From the NCBI GenBank assembly GCA_041658645.1, contig JBAZZV010000002.1, positions 107,907-171,906 on the forward strand: 64,000 bases of DNA. Direction: 5' to 3'. This DNA comes from Candidatus Margulisiibacteriota bacterium. Its GTDB lineage: Bacteria; Margulisbacteria; WOR-1; O2-12-FULL-45-9; XYB2-FULL-48-7. A program made the position numbers and the translations under genes. Below the pieces are notes generated by a model. The model was not told the origin of the DNA, made no database searches, and was given only the letters and a program-made list of their open reading frames with translations. Positions 1 to 10,366 of this stretch are shown here, one piece after another; position 1 is the stretch's first letter, and each line of letters opens with the position of its first letter.

Positions 1-211
1 CGGCCACGCTGATGATGCTCGGGATATTGAGGTAGCTCTGGCCGGGAGCGGCCGGGCCGATGCAGTAGGACTCATCGGCGATCTTAACGTGGAGGGCGTC
101 CTTGTCCGCTTCGGAATAGACCGCGACGGCGGTGATCCCCAGCTCTTTGGCGGCCCGGATTATCCGGACGGCGATCTCCCCGCGGTTGGCGATCAGTATC
201 TTCTTGAACAT
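1..211 (-). CDS. Biotin carboxylase-like (acetyl-CoA/pyruvate carboxylase ATP-grasp subunit) N-terminal fragment; gene continues beyond window start
   Basis: Reverse-strand translation from ATG at 211 reads [54 protein letters not shown], the classic biotin carboxylase N-terminus. Confidence 0.55.
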   Translation of the reverse strand, partial: MFKKILIANRGEIAVRIIRAAKELGITAVAVYSEADKDALHVKIADESYCIGPAAPGQSYLNIPSIISVA

Positions 212-263
212 GGGAGGAGATTTTATCATGTTAACTCCAAAGCCGCAAGGCCGGGGCCAGCGC

Positions 264-1508
264 TCACCTGAAGAAAGTGAAGTAAAGCATCAAGAAAGAA
301 ATGACGGTAAAACAAATTATCGTCAACCAGGAAATAGCGTTGAAGATCGGCCCATTAGCGTCGGCGCCCATCAGTTTTTTATCATTGATCAGTTTCAAAA
401 TAACATAAAAAAGGATCGGCAAGATCAAAGTGTTCAAAGCTTGGGAAGCGGTCAAAACAAAAATGATCGGGAAGTTGGGGATAAAGACCAATAAGGTGCT
501 GACCAAAAGACAAAACCCGATGATCGAATAGAACAAAGGAGCTTCCCGGAAGGTTGCGTTAACCTTCCGTTCGGTGCCTAGCACCTCGGTCAAGGCATAA
601 GCCGTACCCATCGAGATCACGCAAACCCCCAGCAAAGAAGCGTTCAACAACCCCCAGGCAAAAAGGTGCTTGGCAAAGTCGCCCAACAAGGGACCGAGCG
701 CCAACGCCGCATCGACCGCGCTATTGACCGGGGTCCCCTTCACGTGCAAGGTGGCCGCCGCTGAAACAATAATGAAGAAGGCCACTACCCCGCACCACAG
801 CGAGCCGAAAAAAATATCCAAGCGGGCGCTTTTTATATATTTTTTACCCACGCCCTTATCGACAAAATAGGATTGAACAAAAAATTGCCCCCAAACAGTG
901 AGGGTCGTGCCGATCGAGGCCGTGGCCAGGAAAAGAAAATCACGATTAAGCGGCAAGGTGGGGACAAAAACGCCGTGCAGCATCGCCGGTATATCCGGCC
1001 GGGCGACAAAACCGTTAACAATATAACAAAAGAACAAGATACAAGAGGTCATAAAAATGTTTTGCACAAAGTTAAAACTTCCCTTAAGAATAATGTACCA
1101 GATCAAACCGATAAAGATCGGCACAAAGATCAAGCGGGGAATGCTGTAAATATCGGCCACGGAAGCGATCCCGGCCACGTCAGCCAGAATGTTGGAGAAA
1201 TTAGCCACAAAGACCAGGCCGATGATGATCAAAGAAAAACGCAAGCCTAACCTTTCCCGGATCAGATCGGCTAGCCCTTTCCCCGTAACCACCCCCAATC
1301 TCATCCCCATTTCCTGGGTGACATAAAGCATAAAGATCACCAGGATGAGGATCCAAAGCATCTGGTAGCCGAAGTGAGCACCGGCGATCGAATAGGTCGC
1401 CACCCCGCCGGCGTCGTTGTCTGCCGTGCCGGTGATGATCCCCGGACCGACCACCGACAGGAAGATCAGCCAGCGGAGCTTCCAGTAATTCCAGTTCTTA
1501 AACTTCAT
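264..1508 (-). CDS. mntH: NRAMP-family divalent metal (Mn2+/Fe2+) transporter
   Basis: 414 aa polytopic membrane protein; [15 protein letters not shown] resembles the NRAMP DPGN signature region; about 11 TM segments. Confidence 0.75.
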   Translation of the reverse strand: MKFKNWNYWKLRWLIFLSVVGPGIITGTADNDAGGVATYSIAGAHFGYQMLWILILVIFMLYVTQEMGMRLGVVTGKGLADLIRERLGLRFSLIIIGLVFVANFSNILADVAGIASVADIYSIPRLIFVPIFIGLIWYIILKGSFNFVQNIFMTSCILFFCYIVNGFVARPDIPAMLHGVFVPTLPLNRDFLFLATASIGTTLTVWGQFFVQSYFVDKGVGKKYIKSARLDIFFGSLWCGVVAFFIIVSAAATLHVKGTPVNSAVDAALALGPLLGDFAKHLFAWGLLNASLLGVCVISMGTAYALTEVLGTERKVNATFREAPLFYSIIGFCLLVSTLLVFIPNFPIIFVLTASQALNTLILPILFYVILKLINDKKLMGADANGPIFNAISWLTIICFTVISFLMLYFTFFR

Positions 1509-2803
1509 CCGAGCGTCTGCCTCTTGCGCCGCGAGATCGGCGGCAGGATCAGGTCCATGACGTCATCAACGGTCACGATGCCGAGGATCTTTCTTTCCGC
1601 GTCAACGACCGGCACGGCCAGCAGGTTATATTTGGACATGAAGTCGGCCACTTCGCGCTGGTTCATCTCGGCTGAAATGGCAAAGGGCTCTCGGATCATG
1701 ATCTCGGTGATCGGCTTGTAGGGCGGTGAAATGATCAGCCGGCGCAGAGAGAGGGCCCCGACCAGCCTCATCCCCTCGTCGACCACGTAAAGATAGTAGA
1801 TGGTCTCGGCATCCGGGGCAAGTTCGCGCAGTTTGGCGATCACCTGCTCGACGGTCAGGCCATGGTCAAGGGTAATGAACTCGGTCGTCATCAGGCCGCC
1901 GGCCGTCTCATCGCGATGTTTGAGGAGTTTGCGGATCTCGCCTGCTTTCCTGACCCGCATCAGGCGGAGCAGTTCTTCGGCTTTCTCCGCCGGCAGGTCG
2001 CCGATGATATCGGCCGCTTCATCGACCGGCATTTTTTCCAGGACGCCGAGGGCTTTTTTGGTATCAAGGGTGGCGATCAGGACCGCTCCCAGCATCGGCT
2101 CCAGCTCGTGGAGCGCTTCGGCCGCCGTCTTTTCGGTCAGAGCGGAGAAGATCTCGGTCCGCTTGTCGGTCTGGACCTGGGAAATGATCTGGGCAACGTC
2201 CGCCGGGTGGAGATCGGTGATCGTCTTGGTCGGCACGGCGATCTTGCCGCCGGAGAGGTTTTCGACATGGTCCCAGCCGATCAGCTGTTCCGGAACGTTT
2301 TTCTTTAATAGGCCGTAAAACCAACTGACGATCCCCAGTAAACCGAGCCGCCGCAGCATCCCGCTCAGGCCGACATCGGCCGCGATCAAACGGATATCTT
2401 CGTTGACCTTGGCCAGCTTCAAGTCGTTAACCCGGATGACCCGGGCGCCGTCGAGGTCGACGATCTGCTGGTCGATGACGTCGCGGAGGAGAAGTACCTC
2501 ACCTTCACGGAGTGAAGTTAACGGGACGCGCTCCTTGGTCGTGCGGGTGGAGCAGAACTGTTTGCCGATCAGGTCGATCTCGCCGATCAGCAAGACCTTC
2601 TCGCCACTCTGTTCGCCGGCCAGGGCGATCAGCAAAGCTGTGACCCGGGGGAAAGACTCGCCCAAGGTGATGATAATATCTTTGACCCGTCCGACGCTCT
2701 CCTGGACGCGGTCAACGACCGGGTCGCCGATCAATTCGGAAACGAACATTTCTGAGAAGAGGACCATGATCGTTATTGTAACCCGATATTGGCTATCTGG
2801 CAA
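1505..2803 (-). CDS. mgtE: Magnesium transporter MgtE (N-domain, tandem CBS, C-terminal TM domain)
   Basis: 432 aa; MgtE-like architecture with CBS pair and C-terminal membrane domain; 4 nt overlap with upstream ATPase and downstream mntH. Confidence 0.8.
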   Translation of the reverse strand: MPDSQYRVTITIMVLFSEMFVSELIGDPVVDRVQESVGRVKDIIITLGESFPRVTALLIALAGEQSGEKVLLIGEIDLIGKQFCSTRTTKERVPLTSLREGEVLLLRDVIDQQIVDLDGARVIRVNDLKLAKVNEDIRLIAADVGLSGMLRRLGLLGIVSWFYGLLKKNVPEQLIGWDHVENLSGGKIAVPTKTITDLHPADVAQIISQVQTDKRTEIFSALTEKTAAEALHELEPMLGAVLIATLDTKKALGVLEKMPVDEAADIIGDLPAEKAEELLRLMRVRKAGEIRKLLKHRDETAGGLMTTEFITLDHGLTVEQVIAKLRELAPDAETIYYLYVVDEGMRLVGALSLRRLIISPPYKPITEIMIREPFAISAEMNQREVADFMSKYNLLAVPVVDAERKILGIVTVDDVMDLILPPISRRKRQTLG

Positions 2804-2820
2804 CCAAAATGAATGGTGGT

Positions 2821-5367
2821 CTAGCGGCGCGCGGGAAAGCTCTTCCCCACAAGTTTTAGACCTTCGAACCAGGCTAAACTGGCCGCCCCGCCAAACAAGG
2901 CAACCAACAGATCGTTCACATGCAGGACCTCAAAGTGAAAAAGGTCCCGCAGAACAGGGGTATAGAGGACGATCGCCAGCGCCGCCAGGGTCCCCCCCAT
3001 TACCCACCAGAGAGCGGTATTCCTATGCCGGACGATCGTGACGATGTTCTGCGTCCAGGAGAGGTTGGTCAGGATCAGCATCAGGTTGGCAAAGACCATT
3101 GTGGCAAAGGTCAGGCTCCGCGCCTCCGCTTCGCTCTTACCAAGATAAAGGGCCAGCAGGAAGATCACCATCACGACCGCCAGTACGCTCAAACCCTGTA
3201 ATAAGCTGATCAATAATGAAGCGCGGTCGAATAACCGGTCGTTCAGCGGGCGCGGCGGCCGCCGCATGGTCCCGCCCTCCTCCGGTTCGGCCTCAAAAAC
3301 GGTCGAACAGGCCGGATCAATGACCAGTTCGAGGAAAGCGATGTGGGCCGGCAGGAGGACGATCGGCAGGTGGAAAAGTATCGGGAAAAGGGAGAGCCCG
3401 GCGATCGGCACGTGGACAGCAAAGATATAGGCGACCGCTTTTTTCAGATTGTCATAGATCCGCCGCCCCATCCTGACCGCGGCCACGATCGAGAAAAAAT
3501 CATCATTGAGCAGGACGAGATCGGCCGACTCCCTGGCGACATCGGTCCCCCGCGCCCCCATGGCCACGCCGATCTGGGCCGATTTCAGGGCCGGGGCGTC
3601 GTTGACCCCGTCACCGGTCATCGCCACCACTTCATTATTCGCCTTCAAGGCGTTGATGATATTTAATTTCTGTTCCGGCACGACCCGGGCAAAGACATTG
3701 ACGGAATTGATGCGCGCCTGCAGTTCCAGCCGGTCCATCGCCATCAATTCCGGTCCGGTGATCACTTCATCAGAGTTTTTCAGTCCGATCTGCCGGGCGA
3801 TATATTTGGCGGTACCGGGATAGTCACCCGTGATCATGATCACCCGCAGGCCGGCCTCGTAACATTCCTTGACCGCCGGCGGCACCGTCTTCCTGATCGG
3901 GTCGGTAAAACCGATCAGGCCGATGAATTTAAAAGGAAAATCATGTTGCTGGGCCGGCAATTCCGTCCGTTCGAAAGCTCCCTCGGCCACCCCCAGCAAG
4001 CGCAGTCCTTTATCTGCCAATTCGGCAATGGTCCTGGCCAACGACTCTTTCTCCGCCGCGCTTAAATGGCAGAGGTCGGCGATCGCTTCCGGCGCTCCTT
4101 TGGCGGCGATGACATAATGCTGTTTGTCCGGCGACGCCCAAACATGCGACAGCGCCAACAGCTCCTTGGAGAGCGGGTATTCCCTGACCAGTTGCCAGGT
4201 CTGGTTAAGATGTTCGGTCCCGGTCAGCCAGTTCTCCGCGCAAGCCTTGATCTCTTTTTCGATCGGGTCAAAAGGGTCGCGCTGGCTGGCCAGGAGAGAG
4301 TATTCCATCAGGTTGTGAAATTGGTCCGGCAGTCGTTGCCCGGCGGCCGCCGAAAACAACTCGTTCCCGACGTAGAGCGTCCCCAGGGTCATCGTGTTCT
4401 GGGTCAAGGTCCCCGTCTTGTCGACGCAGAGGACGGTCGCCGCCCCCAGGGTCTCGATCGCCGGCATGCGGCGGGTCAGGACTTGATGTTTGGAAAGGCG
4501 CCACGCCCCCAGGGTCAGAAAGATCAGCAGGACGACGGAAAACTCTTCCGGCAGCATCGCCATGCTCAAGGTCAGACCGGCCAGGAAGCCATTGATCCAG
4601 CTCCCCCGGGTCAAGCCATAGACCACAATGACCAGGGCGCACAGGACCAGGCCGGCCAGGGCAAAAGACTTGATGATCTGGCCGGTCTCTTTTTGGAGCA
4701 GGGTTGATTCTTCCTGGATAGATTCGAGCGCCCGGCCGATCTTGCCGATCTCGGTCCCGGCGCTGGTGGAAAAAACCTGGCCGACCCCCCGCCCCTGCAC
4801 GACCATCGTCCCGGAATAAACAAAGGGGAGGCCCTCCCCGCCCGGTTGCTGCGAGCTGCTCCGGCCATCCCACTCGCTCTTGCCGACCGCCAGCGATTCA
4901 CCGGTCAGCAACGATTCGTCGAGCATCAAGTTACTATTAAATAGCAGCCGGGCATCGGCCGGAACGCGGTCCCCTTCGCGCAGCATGATAATGTCGCCGA
5001 CCACGACCTCGCGGCCCGGGATCCGGAGCTGTTCCCCATTGCGGATGACCAGCGCTCGGGGTGACGAAAGGTTACGCAACGCCTCCAGAGCCCGTTCAGT
5101 TTTTCTCTCCTGGTAAAAAGTTATCCCGATGACGACCACCACGAAGGAGAGGAGCATCAGGGCGTCCTTTAATTCGCCGAGGACGACATAGATCAAGCCG
5201 CTGCCGAGCAGCAGCAAGAGCATCGGTTCGCGGACGACATGCCAAAGGAGTTGCAGCGGATTGCGGCGTTTCTGCGAAGGGAGCTCGTTGTAGCCGTTTT
5301 TCTTCAGCCGGGCGTCAACTTCCGCCTTGGTCAGCCCGGTCAGAGCGTTCACTTCAGTTTCGTTCAT
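2821..5367 (-). CDS. P-type cation-transporting ATPase (type II, Ca2+/Mg2+-like)
   Basis: 848 aa; DKTGTLT phosphorylation motif, TGES, MTGDGVNDAPALK hinge motif. Confidence 0.85.
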   Translation of the reverse strand: MNETEVNALTGLTKAEVDARLKKNGYNELPSQKRRNPLQLLWHVVREPMLLLLLGSGLIYVVLGELKDALMLLSFVVVVIGITFYQERKTERALEALRNLSSPRALVIRNGEQLRIPGREVVVGDIIMLREGDRVPADARLLFNSNLMLDESLLTGESLAVGKSEWDGRSSSQQPGGEGLPFVYSGTMVVQGRGVGQVFSTSAGTEIGKIGRALESIQEESTLLQKETGQIIKSFALAGLVLCALVIVVYGLTRGSWINGFLAGLTLSMAMLPEEFSVVLLIFLTLGAWRLSKHQVLTRRMPAIETLGAATVLCVDKTGTLTQNTMTLGTLYVGNELFSAAAGQRLPDQFHNLMEYSLLASQRDPFDPIEKEIKACAENWLTGTEHLNQTWQLVREYPLSKELLALSHVWASPDKQHYVIAAKGAPEAIADLCHLSAAEKESLARTIAELADKGLRLLGVAEGAFERTELPAQQHDFPFKFIGLIGFTDPIRKTVPPAVKECYEAGLRVIMITGDYPGTAKYIARQIGLKNSDEVITGPELMAMDRLELQARINSVNVFARVVPEQKLNIINALKANNEVVAMTGDGVNDAPALKSAQIGVAMGARGTDVARESADLVLLNDDFFSIVAAVRMGRRIYDNLKKAVAYIFAVHVPIAGLSLFPILFHLPIVLLPAHIAFLELVIDPACSTVFEAEPEEGGTMRRPPRPLNDRLFDRASLLISLLQGLSVLAVVMVIFLLALYLGKSEAEARSLTFATMVFANLMLILTNLSWTQNIVTIVRHRNTALWWVMGGTLAALAIVLYTPVLRDLFHFEVLHVNDLLVALFGGAASLAWFEGLKLVGKSFPARR

Positions 5368-6476
5368 TCCGCCCCCACGCCAATGAACATCTTCCCCGGC
5401 AATTGCCGGACGATCTTCTTGAGCTCGAGCATCATCAAGATACTGGCCGCCTGCGGCGAGGAGACACCGACCTCAACGGCGATCGCGTCAATATGCTTCG
5501 GCTCATGAGATATAACCGCAAAGATCTTCTCTTCTTCCGGGCTTAAATTTTCCGGCTTGGATATTGTTGTTTGGGTTTTGGTATTTGTTTTGAGGTTGGA
5601 TGTTTGAAGTTGGAGGTTTAACTCATCCAAAACGTCCTCAACCGTTTCCACAAGTTTTGCCCCTTGCTTGATCAGCCAGTGCGGCCCTCTGGACCCCTCA
5701 AGGCCGACGTTCCCGGGGACGGCAAAGACTTCCCGTCCCTGCTCCAGCGCTTCCTTGGCCGTGATCATCGCCCCGCTCTTGTAATCACCTTCGACCACGA
5801 TGACCCCGAGCGAGAGGCCGGAGATGATCCGGTTCCGTCGGGGAAAATTACTCCGATCGCCCCGCTCACCCAACGGGAATTCCGAGACCAGGGCGCCGGA
5901 CATTTCTATCTGTTCAGCCAGGGACTTATTGTCCGCCGGAAAAACGACGTCAACCCCGGTCCCGAAAACAGCAATCGTCCTCCCGCCCGCCGCCACGACC
6001 GCTTGATGAGCGGCGGCATCGATCCCCTGGGCTAAACCGGAGACGACGACGATCCCGAGCGCCGCTAGTTCACTCGCCAGTTTCCTGGCCGTGGCCAGGC
6101 CGTAACGGGAGGCTCGCCTTGTCCCGACAATGGCAATAGATCTTTCGCTTGGTTGTAACATCTCGCCGCGATAATAAATGACTGGCGGCGGATCGTAGAT
6201 ATGCTTGAGGAGTTCAGGATAATCGTCGTCAGCCAGGGTCAGCACTTTAACTTGCGCCGCCTCGACTTTAGCCAATTCCGCGTCAAGATCGACTTTGTCC
6301 CGGTTAGCCAGAAAAGAACTGATCGCTCTGGGCCGGAGCCCCTCGATCCCGCTAAAGTCGGTCGCCTGCCAAACCTGCTCGATCGAGCCAAAATGTTTCC
6401 AGAGCCGCTTGATCGTCACCGGCCCAAGTTCGGGGATATTATTGAGGCCTAACCAGTATTTGAGTTCTCTAAGCAA
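5364..6476 (-). CDS. dprA: DNA processing protein DprA (contains in-frame heptamer-repeat insertion in C-terminal linker)
   Basis: Rossmann-like GIDAAAHQAVVAAGGRTIAVFGTG core typical of DprA/Smf; C-terminal winged-helix region. Confidence 0.8.
   Translation of the reverse strand: MLRELKYWLGLNNIPELGPVTIKRLWKHFGSIEQVWQATDFSGIEGLRPRAISSFLANRDKVDLDAELAKVEAAQVKVLTLADDDYPELLKHIYDPPPVIYYRGEMLQPSERSIAIVGTRRASRYGLATARKLASELAALGIVVVSGLAQGIDAAAHQAVVAAGGRTIAVFGTGVDVVFPADNKSLAEQIEMSGALVSEFPLGERGDRSNFPRRNRIISGLSLGVIVVEGDYKSGAMITAKEALEQGREVFAVPGNVGLEGSRGPHWLIKQGAKLVETVEDVLDELNLQLQTSNLKTNTKTQTTISKPENLSPEEEKIFAVISHEPKHIDAIAVEVGVSSPQAASILMMLELKKIVRQLPGKMFIGVGAE
5558..5620. repeat. G/T-rich heptanucleotide tandem array (STRR-like), in frame inside dprA
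   Basis: About 9 units with 7 nt periodicity (gttgttt gggtttt ggtattt gttttga ggttgga tgtttga agttgga ggttt); encodes LQLQTSNLKTNTKTQTTISKP. Confidence 0.5.
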
Positions 6477-7034
6477 TTAGTTCTCTTGCAAGGCCGATTT
6501 AAAGAGGTTTTCCTGGTCCGTTTCCGAAGCCGGCAGGGCCGGCAGGTCGGTCAGGGTCTGCAGGCCAAAATGACGGAGAAAATCTTCCGAGGTCGCGTAC
6601 AGGTAGGGCCGTCCCACCGCCTCGCTCCGCCCCGCTTCTTTGACCAGTTTTTTGGCGATCAACGATTCGAGGATGTAACCGGAATCGACCCCGCGCAGCC
6701 GCTCCACTTCCACCCGCGTGACCGGCTGTTTGTAAGAAATGATCGCCAATGTTTCGAGCGCCTGGTGGGAAAGACGGGTCTCTTCCCGCGGATGGAGGAT
6801 CAGGTTGACGAACTCGGCATTGTCCGGATTGGTCCCCATCAGATAACCGCCGGCGACTTTGACGATCTGGATCCCTTTGGCCGAGTAGTCGGCGATCAGC
6901 TCTTCCAGCATTCCGGCCAGGAACTCGCGCGGCGCGGCCATGACCTCTTCCAACTGCGCCAGCGAGAGCGGCTCGCGGGCAACGAATAATAAAGACTCAA
7001 TTACCTGTTTCGCTTGGTTCGGTTCCACTTGCAC
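6477..7034 (-). CDS. scpB: Segregation and condensation protein B
   Basis: 185 aa; ScpB-like winged-helix tandem; immediately downstream of scpA. Confidence 0.8.
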   Translation of the reverse strand: MQVEPNQAKQVIESLLFVAREPLSLAQLEEVMAAPREFLAGMLEELIADYSAKGIQIVKVAGGYLMGTNPDNAEFVNLILHPREETRLSHQALETLAIISYKQPVTRVEVERLRGVDSGYILESLIAKKLVKEAGRSEAVGRPYLYATSEDFLRHFGLQTLTDLPALPASETDQENLFKSALQEN

Positions 7035-7779
7035 TAACCTCCATAACTGTTTCTACGTCCAGTCGGGCAAAAACCAAAATGGTGCCGAAGCGCCTGTCCT
7101 GCGTGATCCGGATAAAGCGCTGTTTGGCCAGTTCCAGGATCCCCAGGAAGGTGACAACTACTTCCAACCTGGTCTGGCGGATGAAGAGTTCAATAAAGGG
7201 CAAGCCGTCCGCTCTGTCCGCCACCAGCCGTTTGATCTCGGCGATCCGCTCCTCGAGCGAGACCTCCTCGGCCACGATCTCGACGATCTTTTCGCGCTGG
7301 GCCGCCTCGCGGTAGACTTTTTGGAAAGCGACCACCAGGTCGCGCAGGGAAATATCGACCAGATCGATCTCACGGTCGACCGGCTCACCCTCATGCCGGC
7401 TGTAAATGCGGGCAAAAACGTCTTTCCGTTCCTTGAGGCCCAGGGCGACCTGCTTGAAGAGCTGGTACTCCTGAATATGGGCGAGCAGCGAGTCCTCCAG
7501 GACGGCCGTTTCTTCCGCCTCCGCGGTCAGTTCTTCGCGCGCCGGCAAGAGCCCCCGCGTCTTTTGCTCGATCAGGTAAGCGGCCAGGTAAAGAAAATCA
7601 CCGGCCGTGACCAGGCTCGGCGCCTGTTGGCGCCAGTAATCGATATAGGCCGCGGTGATCTGGGCCAGCGAGACGCGGAAAATATCAACTTGCCCGTCGT
7701 CGATCGCCTTGAGGAGGAGATCGAACGGGCCTTCGAAAACCTCGGTCTTGACCCGGTAGCTGACCTCGGCCGTGATCAT
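6997..7779 (-). CDS. scpA: Segregation and condensation protein A
   Basis: 260 aa; FEGPFDLLLKAI N-terminal motif typical of ScpA kleisin. Confidence 0.8.
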   Translation of the reverse strand: MITAEVSYRVKTEVFEGPFDLLLKAIDDGQVDIFRVSLAQITAAYIDYWRQQAPSLVTAGDFLYLAAYLIEQKTRGLLPAREELTAEAEETAVLEDSLLAHIQEYQLFKQVALGLKERKDVFARIYSRHEGEPVDREIDLVDISLRDLVVAFQKVYREAAQREKIVEIVAEEVSLEERIAEIKRLVADRADGLPFIELFIRQTRLEVVVTFLGILELAKQRFIRITQDRRFGTILVFARLDVETVMEVSASGTEPSETGN

Positions 7780-8756
7780 AAACCGATCGCCTCCTTGGCT
7801 TCGCGCAGGGTGGCGGCGGCAACCGCTCTCGCCTTCTCTCCACCGGCAAGCAAAACCTTAGCCAGCAAGTCCGGTTGTTGTTCAAAAGCTTTACGGCGCT
7901 CATGGAGCGGCGCCAGATAATCGACCAGCAACTGGGCTAATTCTTTCTTGCAGTCGACACAGCCCCGTTTGGCTGAACGGCACTCCACGGCCACCTGGTC
8001 GGCGCGCTCTTTGGCGAAAACCTGATAATAAGCATAAACCGGGCAGACCTCGGGATGGCCCAGGTCGTCACGCTTGATCCTGGCCGGGTCGGTCACCATG
8101 ATGCCGATCTTTTTCCTGATCGTCTCCGGCAGGTCGGAGATGGCGATCGTGTTCCGGTAAGACTTGCTCATCTTGCGGCCGTCCAGACCGGGGAGGACGG
8201 GAAAAGCGGTCAGGGCCCCTTGCGGTTCGGGAAAGACTTCCTTGTAAAGATAATTGAAACGGCGGGCGATCTCCCGGGTCAGCTCGAGATGCGGGAGCTG
8301 GTCTTCGCCGACCGGGACCAGATCGGCCTTATATATTAAGATGTCGGCCGCCTGCAGGACCGGATAACCGAGAAAACCGTAGGTGCCGAGGTCTTTCTCC
8401 TTCAGCTCGTCGATCTTGCTCTTGTAGGTCGGCACCCGCTCCAGCCAGGGAAGCGGCGTGATCATCGAGAAGAGGAGATGGAGTTCAGCATGTTCCGGTA
8501 TGTCCGATTGCTTGAAAATGACACACTGTTCCGGGTCCAGACCGGCCGAGAGGAGGTCGATCGCCACCTGCTTGATATCTTCGCGCAAATTGGCCGTTTC
8601 AGCGTAAGCGGTCGTCAGGGCATGAAGGTCGGCAATAAAAAAATAACAATTGTATTTGGCCTGAAGCTTGACCCAGTTCTCAACGGCGCCGATCAGGTTG
8701 CCGAGATGCAACCTACCCGTCGGTTGGATACCCGATAGAACTCTTTTTTTGCTCAT
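7776..8756 (-). CDS. trpS: Tryptophan--tRNA ligase
   Basis: 326 aa; class I aaRS HIGH-like (TGRLHLGN) and KMSKS motifs. Confidence 0.9.
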   Translation of the reverse strand: MSKKRVLSGIQPTGRLHLGNLIGAVENWVKLQAKYNCYFFIADLHALTTAYAETANLREDIKQVAIDLLSAGLDPEQCVIFKQSDIPEHAELHLLFSMITPLPWLERVPTYKSKIDELKEKDLGTYGFLGYPVLQAADILIYKADLVPVGEDQLPHLELTREIARRFNYLYKEVFPEPQGALTAFPVLPGLDGRKMSKSYRNTIAISDLPETIRKKIGIMVTDPARIKRDDLGHPEVCPVYAYYQVFAKERADQVAVECRSAKRGCVDCKKELAQLLVDYLAPLHERRKAFEQQPDLLAKVLLAGGEKARAVAAATLREAKEAIGL

Positions 8757-10365
8757 TGCTTTCCGAAGGTATTATAGCATTGTCGGGTTTGACGTTCAAA
8801 TAGCGGAGCGCGTAGCTGACCACCGACTTGAAGAGCGGCCCGGCAGCGCTTTCTCCCCAGATCGTCGTTTGCGGATCATCGAGGATGACCAGGGCGATCA
8901 GGTTCGGATCGGTCAGCGGCGCGACGCCGATGAACGAGGCGATAAAATGGCCTTTCAGATAACCGCGCCCGCCGGGGGCCGCTTTTTGCGCCGTCCCGGT
9001 CTTGCCGCCGGCCTTGAAATCGGCCAGCTGGGCCCGCCGGCCGGAACCGTTCATAACGACGCAGAACATCAACTTCAGCATCTCCTTGGCCGTCGCTTCC
9101 GAAACCGGCCTCCCCCGCTCTTCCCGGGAAAAGACCTTGATAAATTGGCCGTCATTGCTGGCGATCCGCTTGATAACAAATGGTTTGACTACCCGGCCGT
9201 GGTTAGCAAAAGCAGCTACGGCGGAAAGAAGCTGCAAGGGAGTGACGGCAATGCTCTGGCCAAAGGAGATCATCGCCACGTCGGGCTTGTACCAGTTATC
9301 CCAGCGGCGGACGATCCCGCGCGACTCGCCGTCCAGGCCAAAATCTGTCACCCGGCCGAAGCCGAACTGCTTGAGCCGGTTATAGAACTTTTCCGGCCCC
9401 ATTTTTATGCCGATCTGGGCCGCGCCGGTGTTGATCGATTGCTCGAGCATCATGGCCAGCGACATGTCCGGGCCGGTCCATTTGATCTGGTGTGAATTTT
9501 CTATCACTTTGCCGCCGATCTCCAGCCGGTTGAGCGCCTTGAGCCTGGATGCAGGGGAGATCACCCGCTCTTCCAGCCCAGCGGCCGCCGTGATCAGCTT
9601 GAAGGTCGAACCCGGCTCATATGGATCGAGGAAGCGCGGATGCCAGAGCCGGCGATCGGCTTTCTTATATTCGTTCGGGTCAAAATCCGGTTTGGAAGCG
9701 AGGGCCAGGATCTCGCCGCTTTTGACGTCCATGACAATGAGCATTCCGGACTGCGCCCGCATCAACCGGACCTGTTCGGTTAGATCGCGTTCGGCCGCGT
9801 ACTGGAGATTCTCATCGATCGTCAGGGTCACGTTCATCCCGTCTTCGCCGGGGTCGATCGTGCGCAGGGCGCCGTAGAGCTCGCGCCCTTCCGGATCACC
9901 TTCCGTCACGACCCGGCCTTCTTTCCCTTTGAGGTATTTGTCCCAGGCCAGCTCGACCCCGGACAAACCCTGGTTCTCCGAACCGACAAAACCGATCAGC
10001 TGGGCCGCCAGCCGGTTCTTCGGATAGATCCGTTTCTTTTCTTTGACAACAATGTAGTCGTCCGGCGCGCTAGCCTTGACCTTTTCGGCTTCAGCCAAGG
10101 GGAGACGCCGGGCGATCCAGGCAAAGCCGTGTTTCTGTTTGAAAATGGAAAAGGTATCGATCGAGGTCGCCAGGATCTGCCCGCGGCTGTCCAGGATATC
10201 TCCCCGATTGGCCGCCAGGTTGATGATCCTGGTCCGCTGTTCCTGTGATCTTTCGAGGAAGAAACGGTGCTGGATGATCTGCAGCCAGACCAGCCGTAAC
10301 AAGATCACGCCGAGGATCACCAGGAAGAGGCCGAAGAGGAGCCGGAAGCGCTTGCCCTCTTTCAT
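8713..10365 (-). CDS. Penicillin-binding protein, peptidoglycan D,D-transpeptidase (FtsI/PBP3-like)
   Basis: 550 aa; N-terminal TM anchor, STFK active-site motif, KTGT motif. Confidence 0.8.
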   Translation of the reverse strand: MKEGKRFRLLFGLFLVILGVILLRLVWLQIIQHRFFLERSQEQRTRIINLAANRGDILDSRGQILATSIDTFSIFKQKHGFAWIARRLPLAEAEKVKASAPDDYIVVKEKKRIYPKNRLAAQLIGFVGSENQGLSGVELAWDKYLKGKEGRVVTEGDPEGRELYGALRTIDPGEDGMNVTLTIDENLQYAAERDLTEQVRLMRAQSGMLIVMDVKSGEILALASKPDFDPNEYKKADRRLWHPRFLDPYEPGSTFKLITAAAGLEERVISPASRLKALNRLEIGGKVIENSHQIKWTGPDMSLAMMLEQSINTGAAQIGIKMGPEKFYNRLKQFGFGRVTDFGLDGESRGIVRRWDNWYKPDVAMISFGQSIAVTPLQLLSAVAAFANHGRVVKPFVIKRIASNDGQFIKVFSREERGRPVSEATAKEMLKLMFCVVMNGSGRRAQLADFKAGGKTGTAQKAAPGGRGYLKGHFIASFIGVAPLTDPNLIALVILDDPQTTIWGESAAGPLFKSVVSYALRYLNVKPDNAIIPSESNEQKKSSIGYPTDG

Positions 10366-10366
10366 C

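Noticed and set aside
6940-7920. 326 aa plus-strand ORF
   Set aside because: Shadow ORF antisense to scpA and trpS in GC-rich DNA. It has an Arg/Ala-rich nonsense composition.
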